Shown in pieces: positions 10,101 through 19,059 of a stretch of 64,000 nucleotides of DNA. How positions within the stretch are numbered: position 1 is the first letter of the stretch; each line of letters begins with the position of its first letter. The DNA lies in the NCBI GenBank assembly GCA_001643675.2, contig LSRY02000014.1, forward strand, positions 434,001 through 498,000, read 5' to 3'. The notes beneath the pieces were generated by a model. That model searched no databases. It had not been told where the DNA came from and saw only the letters and a program-made list of their open reading frames with translations. The translations under genes were made by a program, and so were the position numbers. The stretch is from Monocercomonoides exilis PA203 (lineage: Eukaryota > Protista > Preaxostyla).

Positions 10101-12242
10101 AAGACTGTAAAAGGGAAATTGATGAAAGTGGAGAATAGTTTGGATGTAAAAATGGACAGCTGCATTTTCGATGGGAGTTCAAAAGAAATAAATGAAAAGA
10201 ATTTGAATGAAGGAAAAGAGATGTGCAGATGGGAAGGATCTCTTGTGGATGTTGTGAAGAGTTCTGTGATGATGAAAGATACAACTATTTCGAATTCACA
10301 TGATGGTGGACTTGCAATTAGTGGAGGAAATGTGATAATTGAGAAAGGAGAGTTCATTGACAACAATCCCTTGATATCAAATTATCCATCACTGAGAAGA
10401 AATATCGTCTGTTCAGATTCCGGAGTGATGAATGTGATGAGTTTGAAAGGAGGAGATGGATGGGAAAGAAACACATCATTGTGGGTTCTGGATGAAGGAT
10501 GCGAATTGGGTGGGATAGTTTCTGAGAGAGCATCATCATTCTTCATCCCAATTGTGGAAGAGGCGAGGAATGAGACGGCATCTGAAGGAAGAACAATCAT
10601 CACGCTGAGTGGGAGACTTCTTCTGCCATGTGATGTTTCGTTGAAGTTGAGCTTCAGGAATGGAAGGGAAGAGGTGGTTGAGAGCTATGGGATTGGAGAA
10701 AAGGAAAGTGTGTCAGAGAACGAAATTGTTGCAGTTGTTTCATCGGTTCAGATGGGAGCAGAGGGAGCAGAGACAGAAGTGAGTGCGAGTCTTCTGTTTG
10801 GAAAAGGTGATTCGCCTTCATCGACTGGTTCGTTTATCCTGAAGAACAGAAGCGAAACCGAAGGAAAAGGAGATGACAGAATTGTTGAAGAAGGGAAAGA
10901 AGGAAAATCATTTTGGCCAATAATTGTTGTTGTTATGGCAATAATCCTTTTAATTGTTCTCATTGTGTCAGTTGTTCTGGCCATTCGATGGAGAAAACAA
11001 AAGAGAAGGACAGAGGAACTTGAAGTGATTGTGGAAGACACAGTGAAGAAGGATCCAAAAGCATTTGAGATGGTGACGATGGAGATGTCACCAGAAGAGC
11101 AATGGCGAAGGGAAGAGAGGGAGACAGAGAAGAAGAATGAAGAGAGGATAAAGAAGAGAGTTTATGAGAAAAGCTTGGGACACTCCGAGTCATCAGAGCA
11201 TTTGCTGAGTGAGAGCGGCTCCACTGAATACATTTTGGGAAAGGATTCAGACAAGATTCCAGAATGGATGCTGGAGAAGGTGGATGAGAAAGAAGTTGAG
11301 GAAGAGACAAGGAAGCGAACACCATCACCTTCCATTTCATCCACTTCAACCACAGACACTTCAGACACAGAATCCACATTTGTTCGATCGGAGAGTCTGT
11401 GTCCAACCACTTCATCGATGTCGAATCTGGTGGATGCAATGGCCTGTTCATCGCCTCATGAGAAATTGATTGTGGATCTGAGAGATTCGCTGTTCATGCT
11501 GTTGCACGGAAGGAATGAGAAAAAAGAGATGGCAATTGGGAGTCTTCAGGAAAGAGAACAGACAGCTGCACAGATCCTATTCTGGGTGGCCAACCTTGCC
11601 CTCCATTCCTTTGACGAAATGGAGAATCCTCTCTCATCTCTCACCAATCTCAGTCCCCATATTGTTCTCTTCTCTGAGCACATGGTGATCTGCATTGTCA
11701 TGCACTCTGACTTCTCATCTTCAGACTCAGATTCATCATCGACCTCATCATCAACTGTTGTGACATCTGCAAGTGATGATGATGATGATGATGATAGAGA
11801 CTCTCTGCCTTCATCAGCTTTTGAGGATGAGGATGATTTCAGGAAGGAGTGCTTGAGGTGGAAGGCGCCAGAGCTGCTGGTGAACAGGAAAATGGGGGCG
11901 ACAAAGGAGTCGGTGGCATTTTCAATTGGGATGATGCTTTGGGAGTGTCTGACGCTGGAGATTCCGTTTGGAGAGTGTGGAGCAGAGGTGGTGGGGCAGA
12001 AGATTGTGAATGGGGAGAAGCCGGATGTGAGGAAGGTGGGCGGGAGCAGCTTGGCGGGTGTGGTGAAGGGGTGCCTGTCGCAAGACTGGGGGCAGCGGCC
12101 GAGTGTGAACGAGCTGAAGCGGGAGTTTATTGTGCGGTTTCCGAAAGGGGCAGCAATCATGACGATGACAGACGCGATCTGTGTTCGGGAAGAGTCCATG
12201 GCTGGGCTGAACAGAAGCATGATGAGCGAGTCGGAGGAGTGA
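4200..12242 (+). CDS. Giant intronless receptor-like protein, copy A (2680 aa): signal peptide, 4 Cys-capped beta-helix/Pmp-like modules, TM, tyrosine-kinase-like pseudokinase
   Basis: The N-terminus is hydrophobic (FNFISLLLLVVYS). It has repeated GGA(L/V/I)/GGG(I/V)Y and FxxNxAxxGxD motifs and four G-x-x-x-x-x-CG-x(4-5)-PC caps. The TM segment FWPIIVVVMAIILLIVLIVSVVLAI (~10911-10986) is followed by RWRKQKRR. The tail has CLRWKAPE and FSIGMMLWECLTLEIPFG (kinase subdomains VIII-IX) but no HRD. Confidence 0.9.
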   Translation: MVRSFTNVKISFNFISLLLLVVYSSNGRDIAERQIQQICDEEIQKGVFGASNGNERGKGKFGIEMVNANYAPGNCICYIQTSLNVINASLCESYLNIIPHTGFPLLIAQRHSAAFIFSSTFQVNPATKFPLFFSAHASLVLTNLSLIIHQPAIFSFSLFSTPNNLLPDAHSPIPASFSISHSSFSSFVSLAQPFLFSPSSLSSPSPLHNYHQFHLHHQILLNLHLSDTLFSNISSPKYHPSLPSHLLHSQNPFTTTTTATTNANIKINTIPSLSLRSALSIYSSVFIHTHNPIDGAILPNLNSPFTSLSAFNTSFLHQTRSSENAAEVHIGTETQRKAPGRLDFFDANSHRFEWCEWENSNSGGSNGGALLVSCKTANLSISSCLFINCSNTDHGGAVCCGSLKDVGILKSNFTSCSADHGGAVYVGYPEPHSVWIFSGNRVEYCSIINWCGTGWYFFMGSFPQNGEFLFSKCKCIANTGGDSAGAVTFHNPPESEPSQFSIKECQFIGNTLTASSIYGGAGMYFHLLNEWINGTNIIIFCFFDGNSATNGRGNDIFFSISNITQSPFQQCGSTTEVKRVWNQGTADNSEYNSWLPIINQNKIVANFGTDADACGKTQQSPCATVEYALGWIAPFSDASLSLLVSTFTPTETLTFRAPNTKITGNGIASTIIASSGIPQPQNSHSHSSQSSQSTSSFSLFSSSSSPDPSASSALFQQIQGSLTVSALTIAHNSTNQITPILFHLSDNSPSLNLNTTTITGTTSITIKTPLFFLTAGSLALNHTSITQLALNSQSIFHLTSLTAPFTLNSSSITDITSTASPASCVLSSATSPALSLSLANCTITNINSAPQHQQTSTNGGCISFASSASANTFSVSDTTFSSCSVSEDTSSGGRGGALMIEFNHGSQVSESSFSITNIVFSANKASVGREMYFVCNSLVASVKEPLFAFMGNITQKDNSIVGHDKTEAFGDWNVDLFIFFDGFFDDTIYVDGTSGVEKEYCGLEKAPCLSVNYGMEHLKKTQNTKQEIVVCEKSNIAGCVDVGGMHVKAKAETIVEIECQREVSGSEACVLKSLSLTELEFIGIVVPSSFNRTITSVIESSTQNGELHMKNCEMSVVGGKENTIGLFLIKSTGKIVELDSVTISDVKSSVSLFSFSLSSANMNEQEYKVKLLNCTMEGFVIDSGEAVEGKAAVFGGSLGVGMMINGSTIDGALSKKSKEGGALKIELNEGGYVTIQKSSFVGCVCENENNRGKGGGIYMDCQSCLNERPFLFESVTFESNNAAFGKNVFILGKDFNSSVTNESFKFDYSSMKDDKTLFVGNDDFHQEKDLFMFLIPYKSFEIFISSEGFDVARCGSEEEPCFTMWKGMENMKEGDEMKTILIEGSTIIQDSFNVSNYQIKKSVKMGEEDIKAILNFEKATDSQLEYFMENDIHLELSNIQLQLASGFDNSAKTIISNKNRELVIIGCSFHSEAGASNGFDCVFVDVIGGSVEVNDLSMESSNSGNSIFVIHNAGIVCHFVNVRVESLNESGGCILSIKKSESGLKINEGGEDCANIEIDNSSFSGVKRSGNGASILESTSGKKICLIVNESNITEDKSEDSEKGGAIFFTLCVSGSMKMIDSTISHCSCSESTGKGGGVYLATKERGELNFTFVVMKFSDNGASVGKDIFIECFNITSQINESQFQFDLREGHYSRINAIYGRDECDYPSDTDLIGFVTIHQSDTIVVSSVDGSNERQCGTNTLPCYSIDYGLMHLTSDFISLMFIVEESVIGGEMNLKEMSLSSKSRGLCEVEVKSNIGKTRETLMGTIGTVSLARVNFVFDSNFISSHESLISPEGGILEIINCSFSSKQSAGEGNIELAYIPLYIINTAEGELQLDGCTISNLVLHEAVLYLSSALPSTIDSLMICNSTVSHSLVEIIECGQLNMEKFHLENITVEGNEESLISCLSMKKTMQLTNCTIGDVSSKTVKGKLMKVENSLDVKMDSCIFDGSSKEINEKNLNEGKEMCRWEGSLVDVVKSSVMMKDTTISNSHDGGLAISGGNVIIEKGEFIDNNPLISNYPSLRRNIVCSDSGVMNVMSLKGGDGWERNTSLWVLDEGCELGGIVSERASSFFIPIVEEARNETASEGRTIITLSGRLLLPCDVSLKLSFRNGREEVVESYGIGEKESVSENEIVAVVSSVQMGAEGAETEVSASLLFGKGDSPSSTGSFILKNRSETEGKGDDRIVEEGKEGKSFWPIIVVVMAIILLIVLIVSVVLAIRWRKQKRRTEELEVIVEDTVKKDPKAFEMVTMEMSPEEQWRREERETEKKNEERIKKRVYEKSLGHSESSEHLLSESGSTEYILGKDSDKIPEWMLEKVDEKEVEEETRKRTPSPSISSTSTTDTSDTESTFVRSESLCPTTSSMSNLVDAMACSSPHEKLIVDLRDSLFMLLHGRNEKKEMAIGSLQEREQTAAQILFWVANLALHSFDEMENPLSSLTNLSPHIVLFSEHMVICIVMHSDFSSSDSDSSSTSSSTVVTSASDDDDDDDRDSLPSSAFEDEDDFRKECLRWKAPELLVNRKMGATKESVAFSIGMMLWECLTLEIPFGECGAEVVGQKIVNGEKPDVRKVGGSSLAGVVKGCLSQDWGQRPSVNELKREFIVRFPKGAAIMTMTDAICVREESMAGLNRSMMSESEE

Positions 12243-13033
12243 GAAGATGTGGATTGGAAGTTGGCAAGCAGGAGAGCAGAGGAGCAGAAGAGCAATGAAA
12301 ATGAGACAATGAAGGCAACGTGAGGTGTTCTTGCCATTCACAACAACATCCTCTCCAAAAATAAAGCATGTTTGTGCATTGGAGAAGAGGAATGCAAAAG
12401 GAGGATGATTGAAAGGGAAATGGCTGTTGGAGCAGAAGCCTTTGAGAGGAATGGGCATGGTGAAAGGAGGAGAGATGAAGTGATGCACCCCTTCAAAAAA
12501 AGAGTCAGAATGAAAAGACGAGCTGGATTTGTTTGAAAGAAGTGAGCCAACTTTGTGGAATGGAGTTGAGGAACGGGGCTGAGGAGAGTTTTATTTTTCT
12601 GTCAGATTTTCAACACAAATTATTTTATTGTTTTTTTATTTTTCGTTTTTGTTTGCTTTTCAATGTTTGTTGTGGAGCGGCATGATTTGCGAGTTGTGCT
12701 GCCTGTTTGAGTTCTGATGCGATGTGGATTTGAGACAATTAATCTTTGAATATTTCTTTCCACTTTCCTTCCACTTTTCTTCTTTCTCTTCTTTGTTGTT
12801 GTTGTTGTTGTTGTTGTTGTGTTTGAATGGAGTTTGTCACGAAGTGATTTGTGAACACAAATTGTCAATCATTGTTCGTTAAGGGATGCTTTTTCCTCAA
12901 CAAGTTTCACCTTGTCAGTTTTTGAATGCACATAGATTTTTCGATGGATCTCACAATCCACTTGGCTGATGAGAGTCAAAAAATATCCTATCCCATGTCA
13001 TTTAATCCATCATCGAAAACAAAAGAAAAATCG
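12243..13033 (+). repeat. ~790-bp non-coding 3' block shared, inverted, with copy B (27411-28197)
   Basis: The sequence after the copy A stop (gaagatgtggattggaagttggcaagca...catcgaaaacaaaagaaaa) matches the reverse complement of 27411-28197 at high identity. It contains a (TTG)n microsatellite at ~12793-12819 that is degenerate in the other copy. Confidence 0.9.
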
Positions 13034-13304
13034 GAGCTCATCAGTTTCTGGTTAACTGAAAAATATCGTATTTGTTTATGGAAATCAGTTCAAAACAAAT
13101 AAATTTGGCATTATAATCATGGAAAAGTTGTTGATAAAAAGTTCTGAAACATTTTGATGTAAGTTCGGGGAAATGCTGAGAATCAAAGATTCAATTTATC
13201 AAAAGTGGTTCAAGAAAAACGAACAGATACCAGAAATTTTTAACTTCATGAGTTTCTAATTGCTTTGATCTGCAATATATGAATTTTCTGAACATGCTTC
13301 AACA

Positions 13305-15438
13305 TTATACTATTGGTTGTGACAAAAATGCTTTTGTTAATTCCTTCTTCACATCCCTTTTATCATCGTCCTTCATGTGTTGTTGCAGAGCAATGTGCAG
13401 ATAGTCTATGCAATCAGACAAACTATCATTAATAGCATGAATTTTTTAAAAAAGGGAAATTTTTAAAAATTAAATCGAAAGCAATGAAGTACAGTTCAAA
13501 CAATTTTTGTGCAGATTTTTTTTGTTGAGTATTTATTGAACTAATCTGTCTTTGCATTGTTTCGGTTATAATTTCAAGTGCTCGAATGGAGGATTTATGC
13601 ATTATGCTCTGATAAATAATAGCATTGGAAAGAAACAGTATAAAGAAGAGGTTTTGAAAAATTAATGATTTGAAAATTTTTAAAAAAAAGAAAAGAAAAG
13701 AAAAGAAAGAAACAGTTAAAAATTCTGAAATCAAAGAATGTTGTTTGCTGTTTCGTCAATACCTTTTTCAGATCTTTTGGCAATATCACATTCAACGAGC
13801 GGGATAAATCAGTCAGTCGCTGAACGGCAATCACCATTGATTCTGGTGGAGCAACAGGATATGTTGTTCCATTCGCAGATGATGCAGCGGAAGAAGAAGA
13901 GGATGGAGCAATAGAAATCGGAAGCAAACGATTAGAAGAGGCAGGAAATAAAGACGATAGCTGTTTAGTCGATTAAACATATCGATAAATAACAATACAA
14001 ATCAATAGAGACAATTAGAATCAAAAGCACAGCAAAAGTTGAATAATAAACAAAAGCAAAAATAAAATAAAAAAATATTCAATCGTTCAATTCATCACAT
14101 TATCGTCTTTGCAAACATTCAGTTGAACGATTTGCTGTCTCACAGCCTCTCCAGCGATGAATATGATTTTTTCCTCCAATTCATTTGCATGGCTTGTCAA
14201 CTGCTCCTCCAGTGAATCAAATGATTTGAACAACAACTTTTCTTTCTCTTTCTCTTTCTCTTTCCTCCATTCTCCCCTTCTCCATCCCTTCCATCTTCAG
14301 CATCTCCTCATTGGCCAGCCGCAGCTCCTCTTTCTCTTCTCTCTCCTTCCGCTCTCTCTCCATCTTCTCTTCTTCTTCTTCTCTGATCTCTTTCCTTCTC
14401 TTCTCATACGCAATCAGCAGCCGCCGGATCACTTCTTCTTCTGCTGCTGCCTTCACAAGCTTCCCGAAGAAGACAAGCAAAGTCATCCGATTGATAAAAA
14501 TGCGACTCACTTTCGACAGAAACTGCTGGAATTCTGACGACGTCATCGCAGAAATCATCTTCTTCACATCGTTGTTTGAAGGAGGAGACGAAGAAGGAGA
14601 CGAAGAAGAAGACGAAGAAGAGGTTGAATAAGGCAAAGAGGAAGAGGAAGAAGAAGAGGAGGAGGAAGAAGATAAAGATGACGAAAGAGAAGCAGGTGAA
14701 GAAGGTGTGGCTGTGTTTGAGTGGTTGCGAAGAGAAGGAGACGAAGAACGCTCTCTGTTGATGACTCTGTCTGTCGAGACAGTCGAAGCAGAAACAGCTG
14801 CAAAAGGAGAAGAAGAGGGAAGAGAAGAAGAAGATGATGATGATGACGACGAAAAAGCAGAAGAATTGGCTCTTCCTCTCTGAGATGAATGCTGCGAAGA
14901 AGCCAAGCTGTTAGCAGCTGCTGAAGAGGAAGTGGAGGAGGATGAAGAAGAGGAAAGAGATGATTGTGCTGAGTGACGTGGCAATGAAGTGGAAGAAATC
15001 GATCCGTAGCGATCGGAAGAAGACGAAGCATCAGACGAAAAAGAAGGAGAAGGAGAAGGAGCAGCAGAAGGCGAAGTGGCAGCAAAAGAAGAGGATGTTG
15101 GAGAAGAGGCATTCAGAATGGAGTTTGCAGAAAGCGATGTTTGTGAGGCAGAAGGTGTTCCAGACGGAGAAGCAGTTCCCAACGCAGCCAGCATCCGCGC
15201 CTGGTCTGCCTCGATCTTCTTCTTCATCTCCATTTCTTCTTTGAAGTGTGGGTGTGCCTGAAGAAAGGAGCTGTATTCCTCAATCAGCAGCATCGTCATG
15301 TCCTGTTTGACGACTTGCGAGGCTGACTTGTGGAACGCTGCAGAAAAATCTGTGTTTGGAAGAAGGCGAATGAATGAAGTGAGGAAAAGACGAAGAGCAT
15401 CCATCGAAAACAACTGAGAAATGAAGACTGGCAGAGGA

Positions 15439-15473
<35 letters not shown>

Positions 15474-16997
15474 AGAAGAAGAAGAAGAAGAAGAAGAAGA
15501 AGGAGCAAACTGAACAAGAAGAGAAATGATGGAAGACAAAGTGTCATCGGTGACAATCTGCTGCGAAGACAATGCCAGCTGAGCTGAAGCAGATGACGAA
15601 AGAGCATCTGCCTGTTGGAACGAAGAAGAAGAGGAGGACGAGAATGAGGAAGAAGAAGGCAAAGACGATGGCAGATGAAGCGAAGAAATGGAAAGAGGCG
15701 AAAGAAGAGAAGAAGAAGAAGAAGAGGCGTTTGGTGGGGTAGTCGCAGAAGCAGCGCCTGTGCTCGCGCTTCCGACACCTCTTGCCCTCAGTTCGGCGAC
15801 AGAAGCAAAAAACATTTCAGAAGAAAAGAAGAAAGTTGGAAGATTCACAAAAGAAATCCGGAAATCGGAGGGAATAAACAGAGGTAATGATGCTGAGATA
15901 ACTTTCTGCTTAAGATTTGAACTGATTTCATCCAAAATTTTGTCGATTTTTGTTGTTATTGAACGAAGTTGATTGCACGAAAACAGTTCAGCTTGAATCA
16001 TATCTCGCGTTGATTCTGCAAGATGAATAACTCTAAACAGAATGTTGTTAGTAATCACGTACACTGCTTGAAAAAAAACACAAATAAAAATGCCAATCAA
16101 CAAACGATATGTAATCTCCCTCTTGTCTTTTTTTCTCGATTTGATAAACCGAATTCTTAACTATCAGCATATGAGACATCTATTTCAATCGAAAAAAAAG
16201 AGACGAACAAAGAAAAAAAGAAAGAAATTTTGTAAAAGTTGGAAAGAAATATCAAATAGTATGTCAAACCACTTCGGTTAGTTGTTGCATGTGTGCCTTT
16301 CTCTTGTGCAACTTTGCAATGTCAATCCCGCCCTGAAAAAGTTCAGCATCTGCTTTTTTCAAAGTTTGTCTTTTCATAAAATTAACAAACAAAACAAAAT
16401 GGAAAAAGCGTGTTTTAATCGTTTATTAATCATAGGCAACCTAAATGTTGAGAGAGAATTGATTGTCGAGGCAATTTCCGCTTCTAACACAGAAAAATTG
16501 TCCATTGTTGATAAATAAAACTCTTTCCGCTTTGAAAGAGTTTTCACAATACTCACTTCAATCTGATCAATATAATTCAAAAGCTTATTACACGTAATTA
16601 AACGAACGGACAAAGTTATTTGGAAACAAAATTAAAACCTAAAATAAATAATACACAAACACTGCACACCTTTTCTAAAACAATTGAGCTCCCCTCTAAA
16701 GAATATGATGGTGACAATGATAAAACAGAGGCAAAATCTCTTTCTTTCGTCAGGTCAAAATCACTCTGAAAAAAGCCTGAACACATTTGTTCAGCATTTT
16801 AAAATTAGTCCATGCAAATTATAGAAGATGCGTAAATAATGCATTAGTTGACGTGCATACAGAAGGAATGTGAAGTTGATCATCTTCTGCTTCTGAATCA
16901 GCTAAAGAAAAAATGAAAAAAAATATTATATAATTCTTTTCCTAAAAAAAAACCCAACATAACCGGTGATTTTTTCTCCAATATGAATGTTTGCCAT
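13305..16997 (-). CDS. VPS54: Vps54-like GARP tethering complex subunit, multi-exon, with poly-Ser insertions
   Basis: The spliced N-terminal exons give KLLNYIDQIEVSIVKTLSKRKEFYLSTMDNFSVLEAEIASTINSLSTFR...LKKADAELFQGGIDIAKLHKRKAHMQQL. This resembles the Vps54 N-terminal coiled coil (KLSHYLDxVEVxIxxQISxRSxxFFxAM). The putative ATG is at 16997, GT-AG introns follow, the large exon lies within ORF 14217..16103, and the last exon ends ...AFLSQPIV* at 13305. Vps50 is the alternative call. Confidence 0.6.
15436..15501 (+). repeat. (GAA)n trinucleotide tract encoding poly-Ser on the minus strand
   Basis: A nearly pure gaagaagaa run is directly visible. Confidence 0.9.
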
Positions 16998-19059
16998 TCC
17001 AAATTTTTTTCACTTCATCAAATTTTGAGAATAAAACAGTAATTAATTTTTCAGTTAAAATGAAAAGGAATTTGTTGTTGTTTGTTTCAGATTTTTGAAA
17101 AATTGTTTCATTTTTCTTAAGAAAAACACTTTTCAGTGATATTTCGGGATTTTAAAATTATTGATATTTTTCAAAAAATGAGAGAAATGGAAGAAACACT
17201 TTCCATTTGAAAAGATCCAGTTGAATAAACTGTAATTTATTTTTCTTATTTCTTTTTACTTTTGAATTCAAAAGAATAATGATGGAACGAAAAAAAGAAT
17301 AAGAAGAAAAATGTTCAAAAAATTTGATATGAATTCGAGCACTCCAAAAAAGATTCAAAATTTTTCAAAAAGATTGTGAAAAATTATTGCGTTTGAATCA
17401 AAACGAAACTAATGAATGAAAACATCATTGATGAAATGTCAATAAACTTGGTGGATTTGAATTTGTTTTCAAAGACTTTTGATTTTTTATTTGTTTTGTC
17501 TATATGAAATGTTGTTTGTTAAAAAGTAACATAATTCAGAGTCGTTAAATTATCAACACTTTTCATGAAAGAAAAATTCAGTTTCATGCTCATTCGTTCA
17601 AATTCTTAAAAGGTGACGTATAACAAAAGATGCGGTTTTCTTCGATTTTCTTTTGAAAATAATGTTATTGAATCCTTGAAAAAATTCAGAATTCAAAACA
17701 GAAACAAAAATACTTTCTTTAAATATGATGATTTTGATAACAGCAACAAAGCACATTTCATTTTGATATATAAATGTTGTTAATTTGAATATTTAATAAT
17801 TTGTCATGCCTTTATTTTTTTGATAAGTTCATTTTGTTCAATTTTCAGGGAAAAATGAAAATAAAACATAAATGACTTTTCGGAAAATAATTATCATAAA
17901 TGCATTTTTCTTTTTGAAAAAAACGAAATAAGTTAATTTTCTGTTTCAACTGAACATCTCATTTTTTTTATCAGTTTTTTCAATGAACACTCTCCATATC
18001 TTCACTGAACTCACACTAATTCATGGGAACAACGATGACATGTTTTTATTTATTCCATGGAATAATTTGAAGAGTTGTCTATTAAAACTGATCAATAAAT
18101 GAGAAATTCAGAAAAAACTGTTATTTCAACATTTTCGACTTTCAAAAAAAATGGATGGGTGATAATTTTGAAATCAAATAATTATTCAGCATTTGGGTGG
18201 TTTTATAATTCACTGTTATTTGCAAAAGAAATTTGATGAAAAGAGTCACGTGCTTTTAAATTATTGTCTGTTAAAAGCATGCTGTTGTTGAAATATAGAA
18301 AAGGAAATTTTTGATTTTAATAAAAAAGATTCGATATATTTCTCAGAATTTGAGGCAAATTGTTGATTCGAAATTTTTGACAGAAAAATTTTGAAATCAC
18401 AAAGAATCACCCTGTTCATAAACAATTTTGTATTTCTAATAATTATGGACAGCAAATTAGCCATTGGCAAACATATTTTGATTCAAATTTCCATGATCAA
18501 CAAATTCGACCAAAAACTTTTCAAATTAATTTTCACAAAAAAAAAAAAAAAAAAAAAATCACAATTTAAAAAGTGAGTGCAATTCTTGAGCAACACAAGC
18601 ATTTAAAATTCGATTATTATACTTTGTTTTGACAAATTTTTGAAGTTCAAAATTTTCTTAGAAATTTTTCATAATAACGAAATATCATTTTTGTAAATAT
18701 AGTGGGTTTTTTTTCTTTTCACTGAAATTTTCTGTTCATAAATTCAAAAACCTATTTTGTATGAACGGAAAAAACATGATTTTTCATTTTGAAATATTAA
18801 ATTATAACTTGAAAAAAGGATTTTTTAGTAAAATTTTCGTTCACAGAAACAAAATTCAAATTTTAAACGAACTTGACAATTATTTCTCCTCTTTTTAACA
18901 TCCATTTGAAAAACACACATATTTCTACTCATAAAATCACAAAAATGATACATAAAAGGTGATGAGCAAAGATTTGAAAAACGAGCACCAAATAAATAAA
19001 TTGCATATTAGATCACTATGTTAATTTTTTATTAAAGGATAAACAGCAAATATCGAAAA

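Noticed and set aside
4200-12242. Bacterial contamination or a Chlamydia-type autotransporter
   Set aside because: There is no C-terminal beta-barrel. The protein has a single TM helix plus a eukaryotic kinase-like tail and is interleaved with spliceosomal-intron genes.
11546-12868. Antisense or overlapping ORFs conserved between copies A and B (e.g. 11922..12488 and 27952..28626; 12620..12868 and 27453..27782)
   Set aside because: Their conservation follows from high DNA identity of the duplicated block, starts and stops differ between copies, and there is no recognisable domain.
17000-19050. Short ORFs and small inverted A/T matches in the divergent intergenic region
   Set aside because: The region is extremely AT-rich, so such matches and ORFs are expected by chance. 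No promoter element could be supported.
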